This document shows, in pieces, positions 9,322 to 18,707 of a stretch of 64,000 nt of DNA. The position numbers were made by a program, and so were the translations under genes. Under the pieces are notes generated by a model. It did not search any database. It was not told the origin of the DNA and saw nothing but the letters and a program-made list of their open reading frames with translations. The stretch lies in contig LVAO01000005.1 in NCBI GenBank assembly GCA_001604065.1, forward strand, positions 14,903 through 78,902, read 5' to 3'. Within the stretch, counting starts at the first letter, position 1. Every line of letters begins with the position of its first letter. The DNA is from Clostridiales bacterium Firm_09 (lineage in GTDB: Bacteria > Bacillota > Clostridia > Christensenellales > DTU072).

Positions 9322-9990
9322 ATGAGCAACGAGGTAACGAGGGAAAAGTTTATCAACAAGCTGCGTGACAGAACGGGCTATCTGTATCAGGTGGGCATCC
9401 TTGCGACGCCGAAAAACAATTATCTCAGATATGCCGCCGATTATATTATCGAAAATGAAGTGGAACCAGCCCGAAATAAATGGCAGCTGAAGGGCATAGA
9501 AGAAATCACCCGAAAGAAATCCTACAAGCAGCAGCATCGCGCGACCAAGAATTCCGGTACAAGAGGAGAAGAGTGGTTCATTCTGGATTTGTTTGAAAAG
9601 AATGCTGACAGAAACAAGGTATTCGGTGGTCTTGTGGATTATCAGATTCCGCTGCGCAATACCCGCGCAAACAAGGGCACCGGAAAGATCGATTTTGCAT
9701 TCATCAAAAATGGTGCTTTCTTTCTTGCAAAAATGATTCCTGCATACAGCAGAGTATCGCTTCTGCAAGCTATTATCGAGATACAGACTTATTATCAGAT
9801 AGCGGATAAAGAAAAGATGCTTTCGGATTACGGCTTCCGTTATCTGGAGGTCCGTAAATGCATCGTCCTTTTTTCCAATTGCAAAGCATACAAGCAGCTT
9901 GCCAATGAGCAGATTCTGAAGATGATAAAAATGTTTGATATTGAAGTCATCGTATTGGACAGCTGCAATGTGTTTGAACAATTGAAATAA
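9322..9990 (+). CDS. hypothetical protein with a possible degenerate PD-(D/E)xK nuclease-like core
   Basis: 222-aa ORF with ordinary amino-acid composition, unlike its antisense partner. It has its own promoter. The segment GKIDFAFIKNGAFFLAKMIP..LLQAIIEIQTYY resembles the G-x-ID..(E)xK..Q..Y layout of NucS/Hjc-type nucleases. Confidence 0.6.
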   Translation: MSNEVTREKFINKLRDRTGYLYQVGILATPKNNYLRYAADYIIENEVEPARNKWQLKGIEEITRKKSYKQQHRATKNSGTRGEEWFILDLFEKNADRNKVFGGLVDYQIPLRNTRANKGTGKIDFAFIKNGAFFLAKMIPAYSRVSLLQAIIEIQTYYQIADKEKMLSDYGFRYLEVRKCIVLFSNCKAYKQLANEQILKMIKMFDIEVIVLDSCNVFEQLK

Positions 9991-10093
9991 GGATTAGGAA
10001 CCACTTCACAAGTCACGTTTTTTGTATATTTTTATATATATATCTTGATTAATATATTTTCTTATGATAAAGTAAAAAAAAAGAGGTGTTCAA

Positions 10094-10489
10094 ATGGGAA
10101 AATTCATCATAAAAAAGACGCCCACGGGTGGGTATAACTTCAGTTTATTTGCGGCAAATAAAGAAAAAATTGCGGTTGCATCCCAGATTTACACCACCAA
10201 AGCCGCCTGCAGGACGGGCATAGCGAGCGTGGGGAAAAACGCGGCCAAATGTATTGCCGAGGACAGAATTGTCGATACCACGCTTCAGACAGTAGAAGAT
10301 AAACCCTATCCGAAATTTGAAATATACCTTGATAAGGCAGGCTTGTTCCGCTATCGCCTCTATGCTTCCAATGGCGAAAGCATCGCAATGAGCGAAGAAG
10401 GATATAAATCCAAAAACGGCATCAAAAACGGGATCAAAAGCATCGCTGCCAATGCCCCGGACGCAGAGATTGTTGACGAAAGTCTGTAA
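10094..10489 (+). CDS. YegP-family (DUF1508) tandem-domain protein
   Basis: Two repeats of the YegP pattern: FIIKKT.TGGYNFSLFAANKEKIAVASQIYTTKAACRTGIASV, and FEIYLDKAGLFRYRLYASNGESIAMSEEGYKSKNGIKNGIKSI. Confidence 0.8.
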   Translation: MGKFIIKKTPTGGYNFSLFAANKEKIAVASQIYTTKAACRTGIASVGKNAAKCIAEDRIVDTTLQTVEDKPYPKFEIYLDKAGLFRYRLYASNGESIAMSEEGYKSKNGIKNGIKSIAANAPDAEIVDESL

Positions 10490-10616
10490 AGTCGGACTTA
10501 GGCATATTCTATATCACAAATGCAGAAGGACAAGGGGCAGCCTTTGACCCGGGAACAGCTTTTTTTACAGCATTTTTAACAGATACCATCCTGCAATAAA
10601 GACATGCCTGTCGCAA

Positions 10617-10645
10617 TTGACTTTTTCGGGAATACTCTATATAAT
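10617..10645 (+). promoter_or_regulatory. sigma-A-like promoter for the E1 fusion gene
   Basis: TTGACT (10617-10622), 17 nt, TATAAT (10640-10645). Confidence 0.55.
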
Positions 10646-10674
10646 TTTTATCATTCTGTATACAGGCGGAAAAG

Positions 10675-13041
10675 ATGCCCAGAAGTCAATTCATCAGTCC
10701 TTCCATATTATCCGAACAAGGTGAGATCGCCTTTCCTTCCGTGCCGATAAATGCATATCGCTCGACAGCCCGGGAGGAGCTTTCCCGTATCGGTGAGAAG
10801 GGCCTTAAAGGCATTTACCGCACGATGGTCCTTATCCGTGAATTTGAAACCGCGCTTGCCGACCTCCGCGAAAAGGGCAATTATTTCGGATTGACCCATC
10901 CTTATTACGGTCCGGTGCATCTCTGCATCGGTGAGGAAGCAGCGGCGGCCGGTCAAGCATACGCCCTCCAAAAAGATGATTTTATCTTTGGTTCTCACAG
11001 AAGCCATGGAGAACTGATAGCCAAAGGTCTTCGTTTCATAGAGCTGTCCGATGCGGAAGAATTAGAGAAAATTATGGCGGCCGAGCCGCTCATTTTCGAT
11101 GCAGTCAGAAAAAACTGTGTATCACAAGGGAAAGAGAGAGCCGAATTGTTTCTGTTGTTCGGCGCGATGAGTGAGATTTTTGCAAAATCGACGGGATTCC
11201 AAAGAGGTTTCGGCGGTTCGATGCATGTCTTCTTTTCACCGTTCGGGGTTTATCCCAACAACGCGATTGTGGGTGCTTCGGCGCCGATTGCCGCAGGCGC
11301 AGCGCTTTATAAAAAGCTGCACGCAAAGGAAGACAGCATCGCCGTTGCGAATATCGGAGACGGCGCGCTTGGCTGCGGCGTCGTTTGGGAAGCGATGAAC
11401 TTTGCCGCGATGGATCAATATAACGAGCTGTGGGATAAAAAAGGCGGGCTTCCGGTATTGTTCAATATCATTGACAACGGATATGGCATGGGCGGACAAA
11501 CCGACGGCGAAACCATGGCGTACGGAGCCCCGGCACGAGTAGGCGCAGGGATTTCGCCCACAGCGTTGCATGCAGAACGCGTCAACGGCAACAATCCGCT
11601 TGCGGTCTATGATGCGACTGTACGAAAACGCAAATTGCTTGTCCAAGGCAAAGGTCCGGCTCTGTTGGACATTGTAACTTACCGCATGAAAGGGCATTCA
11701 CAGTCGGATGCCATGCAATACCGCGAACAGCAGGAAATCGACGCATGGAAGGCGTACGATCCGTTGATTATTTATAAGAAAGATCTTATTGAAAGCGGTA
11801 TAGCGGATGCTCGGTTCTTTGATTCGGCAGAAAAAGAAGCGCGGGATACGATTTATAAAGTCTGCTCGATGGTATTTGATGCGGACATTGCGCCCTATGA
11901 AAAAAACGCACAGTCCTATCTTCATCAAATAATGTTTTCGGACAGCAGAAAAAAGGATAAAGAAGATAAGGAGCTGCCGTCCAAAGAACATAATTCACGA
12001 TACGTGCAGATTGCGGCAAAAAAACGCTTCGGTCTGGATGACAAAGGCCGCAAGCTTCCCGAAAGTGAAACGCTTACCGTCAAGGATGCTGTTTTTGAAG
12101 CGATTTTTGAAAAATTCTATAAAGATAAGACGATGATTTCCTACGGGGAGGATGTGCGTGACTGGGGAGGCGTCTGCTCCGTTTACAAGGGACTTGCCGA
12201 AACCCTTCCTTACAGCAGATTGTTCAATTCGCCCATCTCCGAGGCGGCCATTGTATCCACTGCAGTGGGATACGCCATGTGCGGAGGCAGGGCGGTCATC
12301 GAAATCATGTTTGCCGATTTCATGGCGCGTGCGGCTGATGAAATATTTAATCAGCTTGCCAAGTGGCAGTCTTTGAGCGCGGGGAAATTGTCCCTTCCCG
12401 TTGTCGTAAGGGTGTCGGTCGGTACAAGATACGGCACCCAGCATTCGCAGGATTGGTCGGCTTTGGCGGCGCACGTCCCGGGGCTGAAAGTGGTCTATCC
12501 CGCCACACCCTATGATTGCAAGGGATTGATGAATGCGGCGCTCGCAGGGAACGATCCGGTCTTGTTTTTTGAAAGCCAGAAACTGTACGGCGAAGGCGAA
12601 TATTTCCGCAAAGTTCCCGAAGATTACTATGAAGTTCCGATCGGGGTATCCGAAGTAAAGAAATCGGGTACCGATATTACAATAATATCATTAGGTTCTG
12701 CATTGTATCCGATAATGGAAGCTGCGGCTATATTGGAGTCGCAAGGCATATCCGCAGAAATTGTGGATGCGCGTACGCTTGCGCCGTTCGATTATGAAAC
12801 CGCAATGAAATCGCTTCAGAAAACCGGGCGTTTTGCGGTTGTGACGATGGCTTGCAAAACAGGCTCGGTGGCAGAAACAGTGATGGCGGAGCTTGTGTCA
12901 AAGTGTTTCTCTTGCCTTCTGTGCGCGCCGATCGTGATTGGTGCGCCGGATACAGTGGTGCCTCCCGTCGAATATGAGAAATCGTTTTTCCCTTGCGCGG
13001 AGGGCATTGCCGCCCGGATTGCCGAAATGCTCCGCAAGTGA
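10675..13041 (+). CDS. thiamine-diphosphate-dependent 2-oxoacid dehydrogenase E1 component, fused alpha+beta subunits
   Basis: The N-terminal half is E1-alpha-like: the TPP motif IGDGALGCG..(N27)..NIIDNGYGMG and YRMKGHS. The linker is Lys/Asp-rich. The C-terminal half is E1-beta-like (transketolase Pyr and C-terminal domains): ISYGEDV..GGV, NSPISEAAIV, and EIMFADF. Confidence 0.8.
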   Translation: MPRSQFISPSILSEQGEIAFPSVPINAYRSTAREELSRIGEKGLKGIYRTMVLIREFETALADLREKGNYFGLTHPYYGPVHLCIGEEAAAAGQAYALQKDDFIFGSHRSHGELIAKGLRFIELSDAEELEKIMAAEPLIFDAVRKNCVSQGKERAELFLLFGAMSEIFAKSTGFQRGFGGSMHVFFSPFGVYPNNAIVGASAPIAAGAALYKKLHAKEDSIAVANIGDGALGCGVVWEAMNFAAMDQYNELWDKKGGLPVLFNIIDNGYGMGGQTDGETMAYGAPARVGAGISPTALHAERVNGNNPLAVYDATVRKRKLLVQGKGPALLDIVTYRMKGHSQSDAMQYREQQEIDAWKAYDPLIIYKKDLIESGIADARFFDSAEKEARDTIYKVCSMVFDADIAPYEKNAQSYLHQIMFSDSRKKDKEDKELPSKEHNSRYVQIAAKKRFGLDDKGRKLPESETLTVKDAVFEAIFEKFYKDKTMISYGEDVRDWGGVCSVYKGLAETLPYSRLFNSPISEAAIVSTAVGYAMCGGRAVIEIMFADFMARAADEIFNQLAKWQSLSAGKLSLPVVVRVSVGTRYGTQHSQDWSALAAHVPGLKVVYPATPYDCKGLMNAALAGNDPVLFFESQKLYGEGEYFRKVPEDYYEVPIGVSEVKKSGTDITIISLGSALYPIMEAAAILESQGISAEIVDARTLAPFDYETAMKSLQKTGRFAVVTMACKTGSVAETVMAELVSKCFSCLLCAPIVIGAPDTVVPPVEYEKSFFPCAEGIAARIAEMLRK

Positions 13042-13181
13042 ATTTCGGAACGGGCATAAAGAATTCTGCAAAGAATCTGTATCTGAATGTGTGGCTGTGC
13101 ACTTATTCCTATACGGTGAGATTGATTTTCGAACAGAAAAGTCTTATAATGATTCCAATCAGAAATGTATAAGGATTTACT

Positions 13182-13811
13182 ATGAAAGAAGTTAAGGATT
13201 TTATTGCGCGCGAGAAGCTGATTCCCGTTGTGAAGCTGGATGATGCGGCGGATACGCTTCCGCTGATGGAAGCGCTGAAGGCGGGAGGAATCCATATTGC
13301 CGAAATCACCTTTCGCACAGCATGCGGGGCAGAGGCAATCGCAATCGCTTCAAACAATTGCGGGGATATGCTGATCGGCGCCGGAACCATCATAAGCGCG
13401 GCACAGGCAGAAAAAGCAATTTCCGCAGGTGCAAAATTCATTGTCGGGCCGGGATATTCCCAAGGGGTTGCCGATATCTGCAGAAAGAATGGCATCATGT
13501 ATCTTCCCGGCTGCGTCACGCCGACGGAAATAATGGTTGCGATAGAGAACGGCATCGACATTATCAAGTTTTTCCCTGCCGAGAGTTTCGGCGGTCTGAA
13601 TGCCATCCGGGCAATTTCGGCGGCATTTCCAGAACTGCGTTTTTTGCCGACAGGCGGCATAAGCGCGGCAAACATCAAAGAATATCTGTCATTTAATAAA
13701 GTGTTTGCGTGCGGAGGAAGCTGGATGGTCAAGGACAGCCTTATCAAGTCGCGCGATTTTTCAACAATCACTAGATTGTCCAGAGAAGCAAAGGAGTTGA
13801 TCGGTTTATGA
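13182..13811 (+). CDS. eda: 2-dehydro-3-deoxyphosphogluconate (KDPG) / 4-hydroxy-2-oxoglutarate aldolase
   Basis: IPVVKLDD, IAEITFRT, GAGTI, IIKFFPAE and PTGGI, the typical Eda layout. Confidence 0.85.
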   Translation: MKEVKDFIAREKLIPVVKLDDAADTLPLMEALKAGGIHIAEITFRTACGAEAIAIASNNCGDMLIGAGTIISAAQAEKAISAGAKFIVGPGYSQGVADICRKNGIMYLPGCVTPTEIMVAIENGIDIIKFFPAESFGGLNAIRAISAAFPELRFLPTGGISAANIKEYLSFNKVFACGGSWMVKDSLIKSRDFSTITRLSREAKELIGL

Positions 13812-14821
13812 AAATAGTGACTTTCGGAGAATTGATGCTGCGTCTTGCCCCCGAGGGCTATCTGCGATTCGTTCAGGCGGATACGTTTGGTGCCACCTTT
13901 GGCGGCGGTGAAGCGAATGTAGCAATTTCTCTTGCCGGATTCGGTGAGGAAGTATGTTTTGTCACGAAGCTTCCCGCACATGAAATCGGGCAGGCGGCGG
14001 TCAACAGCCTCCGCAAATACGGGGTCGACACTTCGTTTATCGTGCGCGGCGGCAAGAGAGTAGGAATCTACTTTTTGGAAAAAGGTGCAAGCCAGCGTGC
14101 ATCCAAGGTCATTTATGACAGGACGGGTTCTTCTATTGCAGAAGCTTCCGCAAAGGATTTTGAGTGGGAATACATACTTGAGGATGCCAAATGGTTTCAT
14201 TTTACCGGCATCACTCCCGCCTTGTCCGACAACCTTGCCGCAATCACCAAGGCGGCACTCATGAAAGCCAAAGAAAAAGGCATCACCGTATCCTGCGATC
14301 TCAATTATCGCAAAGCATTGTGGACAACAGAAAAGGCAAATGCCGTGATGAGCGAACTGATGCCGTATGTGGATGTCCTTATTGCAAACGAAGAAGACAG
14401 CGAGAAGGTGTTCGGTATTAAGTCGGATTGCGATGTTATCGCAGGCAATGTCTCGGCCGAAGGAAACAGACCTGTTGCCAGAAAGCTGATGGAGCGCTTC
14501 GGATGCAAGCTTGTTGCGATTACGCTGCGCGGAAGCGTATCGGCAAGCGACAATCGCTGGGCAGCCATGCTTTATGACGGCAAAGAATTTTATGATTCCA
14601 AAGAATATATGATTCACATCGTCGACCGGGTGGGCGGCGGCGACAGCTTTGCGGCCGGACTTATTTATGGGCTTGCCAATTATGATAAACAAGGCGCGAT
14701 AGAGTTTGCGGCGGCGGCTTCCTGCCTGAAGCATACCATCGAGGGCGACTTCAATTTCGTTTCTGTGGATGAAGTCCTCCGACTCGCCGAGGGAGACGGA
14801 AGCGGAAGAGTGGCAAGATAA
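13808..14821 (+). CDS. kdgK: 2-dehydro-3-deoxygluconokinase (PfkB family)
   Basis: MKIVTFGELMLRL.P, GGGEANVAISL and VDRVGGGDSFAAGL. The ATGA start overlaps the eda stop. Confidence 0.85.
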   Translation: MKIVTFGELMLRLAPEGYLRFVQADTFGATFGGGEANVAISLAGFGEEVCFVTKLPAHEIGQAAVNSLRKYGVDTSFIVRGGKRVGIYFLEKGASQRASKVIYDRTGSSIAEASAKDFEWEYILEDAKWFHFTGITPALSDNLAAITKAALMKAKEKGITVSCDLNYRKALWTTEKANAVMSELMPYVDVLIANEEDSEKVFGIKSDCDVIAGNVSAEGNRPVARKLMERFGCKLVAITLRGSVSASDNRWAAMLYDGKEFYDSKEYMIHIVDRVGGGDSFAAGLIYGLANYDKQGAIEFAAAASCLKHTIEGDFNFVSVDEVLRLAEGDGSGRVAR

Positions 14822-14834
14822 TTTTCGATACGGT

Positions 14835-14872
14835 CAAAAAAGGTGCCCTGTTTGCGCGGGCACCTTTTTTAT
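14835..14872. terminator. bidirectional rho-independent terminator (kdgK / PfkB kinase, convergent)
   Basis: aaaaaAGGTGCCC-loop-GGGCACCTttttttatttt. Confidence 0.8.
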
Positions 14873-14938
14873 TTTGCTGCTTGATCTGCGCGGCTGCGCG
14901 GTGCGAAGGAAGTCTGCGTCCCCTCAAGATACGATTCT

Positions 14939-15832
14939 TTATTTTACGTCGGAATAGAATTCTTTTATATATCGGTCGATGTCCTTGCGTTTGCCGCGGT
15001 AGGCGCCGGGCTGTTCCATCTTGATTGATACGGTTGCCGCAGCATAGAGAAGGGCCGTTTTCATATCCGAATTGCTGCGTTCTCCGATATAAGCGGCAAA
15101 GGTTGTATCGCCCCGGCCGCTTCTGCCGGAAAGATTTCTTGCCCGGATGGGACAGGCAAGCATTTCGTTTCCGTCATAGGCAAGCACTTCTGTATTATGG
15201 GTAATGACAATTTCTTTGGCGCCCCAATCGTAGAACATCTGCGCGGCTATTCTGCGGTCGTTCTGACCGGTCAGAATCTCAGCTTCGGCGGCATCGGTTT
15301 TCAGATAATGAATATAGGGCATCCGTTCGCGCTTCTTTGCCCAATCTTCAAAATACATATGTCCGTCCGTTTTGTCTGCATGGCGCAGGAAGGCCTGAAC
15401 ATCTACGGCCACCTTCCCTTTTTTGCTCAGCGCTTCTATCAGCCCGTCCTCATAGTCGCCATATATGAGTCCTGCAAGATGATATACGTCACTTTGCACG
15501 TCAGGGATGTCCGCAAGCGTGAACGGCGCGCCCTGGCTGATGCAGCGGCATTCTCTGCGTTCCTTGTCTGCGGTAAAATACTTGTTGCGGATGGAAGTGG
15601 AAGTAGGAGAATCGATGCAGAAGATATCCTCCTCGGGTATCACCAATGCGGAGAGCCTGTCTCGGTCTGCAGGTGCAAGCTTGGTAACCGCGCCGACTTT
15701 GTGTCCCAGAGCGTAAGCGGAAGCGGAGGAATAAATGACGGCGCCGCCTATTTCGATAATCTGATGATCCAGATAGTCGATATTATAATCCAAAGAAATA
15801 TGTCCGATGATCAGGCTTTCATAATGTTTCAT
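14939..15832 (-). CDS. PfkB-family carbohydrate/nucleoside kinase, substrate unknown
   Basis: IIGHISLDYN..GGAVIYS at the N-terminus and GRGDTTFAAY (anion-hole/catalytic Asp motif) near the C-terminus. Confidence 0.75.
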   Translation of the reverse strand: MKHYESLIIGHISLDYNIDYLDHQIIEIGGAVIYSSASAYALGHKVGAVTKLAPADRDRLSALVIPEEDIFCIDSPTSTSIRNKYFTADKERRECRCISQGAPFTLADIPDVQSDVYHLAGLIYGDYEDGLIEALSKKGKVAVDVQAFLRHADKTDGHMYFEDWAKKRERMPYIHYLKTDAAEAEILTGQNDRRIAAQMFYDWGAKEIVITHNTEVLAYDGNEMLACPIRARNLSGRSGRGDTTFAAYIGERSNSDMKTALLYAAATVSIKMEQPGAYRGKRKDIDRYIKEFYSDVK

Positions 15833-15855
15833 AAATCACCTCAAAAAGAAGAATG

Positions 15856-17307
15856 CTATGCATAATAAACCATCTGTGCGAAAACGAGAATCAAAGCGGT
15901 TGCGGCCAACAAAGAAAGCTGGATTTTGATGCTCCATCTGAACCATTTGCCGTAGTCGACGGTGGTCATGCCCAGGATAAGAAGCAGACCCGCATTGGTA
16001 GGAAGAATGACGTTGCTGAAGCCGTCTCCAAAAGCAAACGCAAGTACGGCTACCTGCGGGTGGATACCGCTCAGACTGCAAAGCTGATAGATGATCGGCA
16101 TCAGCAGCACTGCTTTTGCCGAACCGCTGGGAATAAACATATTGAAAACAATGATGATAAGATAAATAATCAGGCTTCCTGTTGCGGGATGCTGATTCTC
16201 CAGCAAGGGCAGAATCCTGAATAGAATCGTATCCATAATCTGACCCTTGTCAATGATGTAGCGTACCCCGCCCGCAATCATTATCATGGCGACAGCCGGA
16301 AGCAGCGTGAGCATGCCTTTGAATAGGAGTCGCAGCATTTGTTTGCCGCGTATGCCGCAGATGAAGGACGCACCGAAGCCGCCGGCGACATAGGAGACCA
16401 GCGTAATATAAATGATATAATCTGTCAGAGCATGCCAGAAAATGGAAACAATGGCGGATACAATAATCAGTCCCAGCCAGCCTGCAAACCATCGGAGAGC
16501 CCGACCTTTGATTTTATCCGGTTTGAAATCGTCGATATCGAAGGCAAAATCCTTTTTTCTTTCTAAATCAAGCTTGTATACGGTGGATTTTTGCGGATAT
16601 TTGTCTATTTTCTTGGCATACGGAATAAGAAACGCCATAAGAATGGCATATACGATGACAAATGTGATGACGCGTACCTCTATGCCGGAGAACATGGGCA
16701 GCCCTCCGATGGTCTGCGCAATGCCTACGGTAAACGGATTCATCAGCCCGGCGGCAAAACCAAAACAGCTGCCAAGCACGGAGATGCCGAGTCCTACAAA
16801 GGCGTCCCAGCCCATTGCATAGGACAGCATGATAATAATCGGCACCAAGGGGATCAGCTCTTCAAACATTCCCACCGCGCTGCCCAGAAACATGAATGCA
16901 AAGCTCAAAATCGCCATGAGATAATATTTTTTGCTGCGGAATTTATGAGAAATCGCTTTGACCATATAGACCAGGATTCCGCTTTTTTCCAATGCCATAA
17001 ATACGGCGCCGATGATAAGCAGAAGCAGCATGATGCTGTAAATAATCATCGCGCCTTCTTCCGAAGGATTGAGTATCATGAACGGGGCAAGCAAGAACTG
17101 CCACCAGGCAATCCCTTCCAGCGTGGGATCTTCATGATAAGTGCCCGCTATGATGGAGCCTTCCGCCGTTCTTTCAAATGCGCCGCGCGGGAGAAGAAAG
17201 GTCAGAATATAGGCTGAGACAACAAGAAACAGTATGACGACTACCGCAACGACGATTGCTCTTTTGTTGATTTGCAGTATTTTGCTTTGCTGTTGATCAT
17301 TATTCAA
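15856..17307 (-). CDS. YfcC/DcuC-superfamily polytopic permease
   Basis: About 480 aa with at least 10 hydrophobic helices and a YfcC-like layout. The start is moved to the TTG at 17307 (GGAGAA 7 nt upstream). The track's ATG at 17400 has no RBS and adds a non-membrane, low-complexity leader. Confidence 0.6.
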   Translation of the reverse strand: MNNDQQQSKILQINKRAIVVAVVVILFLVVSAYILTFLLPRGAFERTAEGSIIAGTYHEDPTLEGIAWWQFLLAPFMILNPSEEGAMIIYSIMLLLLIIGAVFMALEKSGILVYMVKAISHKFRSKKYYLMAILSFAFMFLGSAVGMFEELIPLVPIIIMLSYAMGWDAFVGLGISVLGSCFGFAAGLMNPFTVGIAQTIGGLPMFSGIEVRVITFVIVYAILMAFLIPYAKKIDKYPQKSTVYKLDLERKKDFAFDIDDFKPDKIKGRALRWFAGWLGLIIVSAIVSIFWHALTDYIIYITLVSYVAGGFGASFICGIRGKQMLRLLFKGMLTLLPAVAMIMIAGGVRYIIDKGQIMDTILFRILPLLENQHPATGSLIIYLIIIVFNMFIPSGSAKAVLLMPIIYQLCSLSGIHPQVAVLAFAFGDGFSNVILPTNAGLLLILGMTTVDYGKWFRWSIKIQLSLLAATALILVFAQMVYYA

Positions 17308-17483
17308 TATCCGTTCTCCATATCGTGCAGTATAATATTTATTTATTATATAATCATCATCTATAAAAAAGCAAGAAAAAAGTAACTGTTTTTTATTCAT
17401 AGACGCCGCATATCAGAATATTGCTTTAAGATACAAAATATGGTAAAATAAAAACAATTCAATTTCTGGAAGGAGGATAATGT

Positions 17484-18680
17484 ATGAATATTTTTTACAA
17501 AGCATACTGCCGCGCATACCAAGGCGTATTCCGGTTGGCAATGCCGGTATTGGGCATTCGCGTGCCGGAGCTTCTTCAAGGAGAAAACAGCGTGCGAAAG
17601 CTGCCTGCTTTTATTAAATCCAAAGGGATAAGCAATATTTTGATTGTTACCGTCAAGCCCTTGCTCGGCATGCTTGCAGGATTGAAGGAAGAACTGGAAA
17701 AAGCGGGCATTCAGTATGCAATCTATGACGACACCGTGGTCAATCCGACCATCGATAACGTAGAAGAAGCATTGGCATTGTACAAGAAAAACCGCTGCGA
17801 AGGCATCATAGCCTTTGGCGGAGGTTCCGCAATGGATTGCGCCAAGGGAGTCGGCGCGCGCATTGCGAGACCGGACAAAACCATGCGCCAGTTGGGCGGA
17901 TTGCTTAAAGTCGGCAGAAAGCTTCCGCCTCTGTTTGCCATTCCCACCACCGCGGGAACGGGCAGCGAAGCCACTGTGACCGCAGTTATCACAGACAGCG
18001 CCTCGCATGAGAAATACAATATCAATGACCCGCATCTTGTGCCTCCTTATGCCGTACTGGATCCTGTGCTGACCAAGAGCCTCCCGAAGGAGCTTACATC
18101 CACCACGGGTATGGATGCTTTGACGCATGCTGTAGAGGCGTTTATCGGGAGAAGCAATACCAAAGAAACAGAAAAGTATGCTTTGGATGCCGTAAAACTG
18201 ATATTTGAGAACCTAAAAAAGGCTTATGACAACGGGAACGATTTGGTAGTACGCAACAATATGCAGCTGGCGGCTTTTTATGCGGGCATTGCGTTCACAA
18301 GAGCTTATGTCGGCTATGTCCATGCGCTCGCACATCGCCTGGGCGGAAGATACGGCACGCCGCATGGGCTTGCGAATGCCGTGCTTCTTCCCCATGTGCT
18401 GGAATTGTTTGGAGAATCGGCGCATAAGCGGCTTGCAATTCTTGCCGATGCTGTCGGAATCGACGGCGCAACGGAGGCAGAAAAAGCAAAGAAATTCATT
18501 TCGGCAATCAGAGAGATGAATGAATACATGGGTATTCCCACGAAAATTAAGGGCATAAAAGAAGAGGACATTCCCGGGATGGTCAGAAGCGCGCTCAAAG
18601 AAGCTCATCCTTTGTATCCCGTTCCCAAACTGCTGGGGCCGGAAGAGCTGTCCGCAATGTATTACGCAATCAAAGAATGA
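17484..18680 (+). CDS. iron-containing (group III) alcohol dehydrogenase
   Basis: GGGSAMDCAKG and the metal-binding HALAHRLGGRYGTPHGLANA. GGAGG RBS. Confidence 0.85.
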   Translation: MNIFYKAYCRAYQGVFRLAMPVLGIRVPELLQGENSVRKLPAFIKSKGISNILIVTVKPLLGMLAGLKEELEKAGIQYAIYDDTVVNPTIDNVEEALALYKKNRCEGIIAFGGGSAMDCAKGVGARIARPDKTMRQLGGLLKVGRKLPPLFAIPTTAGTGSEATVTAVITDSASHEKYNINDPHLVPPYAVLDPVLTKSLPKELTSTTGMDALTHAVEAFIGRSNTKETEKYALDAVKLIFENLKKAYDNGNDLVVRNNMQLAAFYAGIAFTRAYVGYVHALAHRLGGRYGTPHGLANAVLLPHVLELFGESAHKRLAILADAVGIDGATEAEKAKKFISAIREMNEYMGIPTKIKGIKEEDIPGMVRSALKEAHPLYPVPKLLGPEELSAMYYAIKE

Positions 18681-18707
18681 GGAAGGCTTTCATGTGGCCT
18701 GCAAGGT

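Noticed and set aside
9163-9981. A 272-aa minus-strand ORF almost exactly overlapping the 9322-9990 plus-strand gene. It is surprising in AT-rich DNA, so I considered that it might be the real gene or a dual-coding locus.
   Set aside because: It is in the codon-aligned antisense register (both have coordinate mod 3 = 1). Its sequence is dominated by F/L/I/R/K runs and it has no RBS. The plus-strand ORF has a promoter, an RBS-like GGGGTGAG and balanced composition.
13109-14734. A 541-aa minus-strand ORF covering eda and kdgK.
   Set aside because: The plus-strand products carry unmistakable Eda and KdgK motifs. The antisense frame is codon-aligned with kdgK and has shadow-ORF composition and no RBS.
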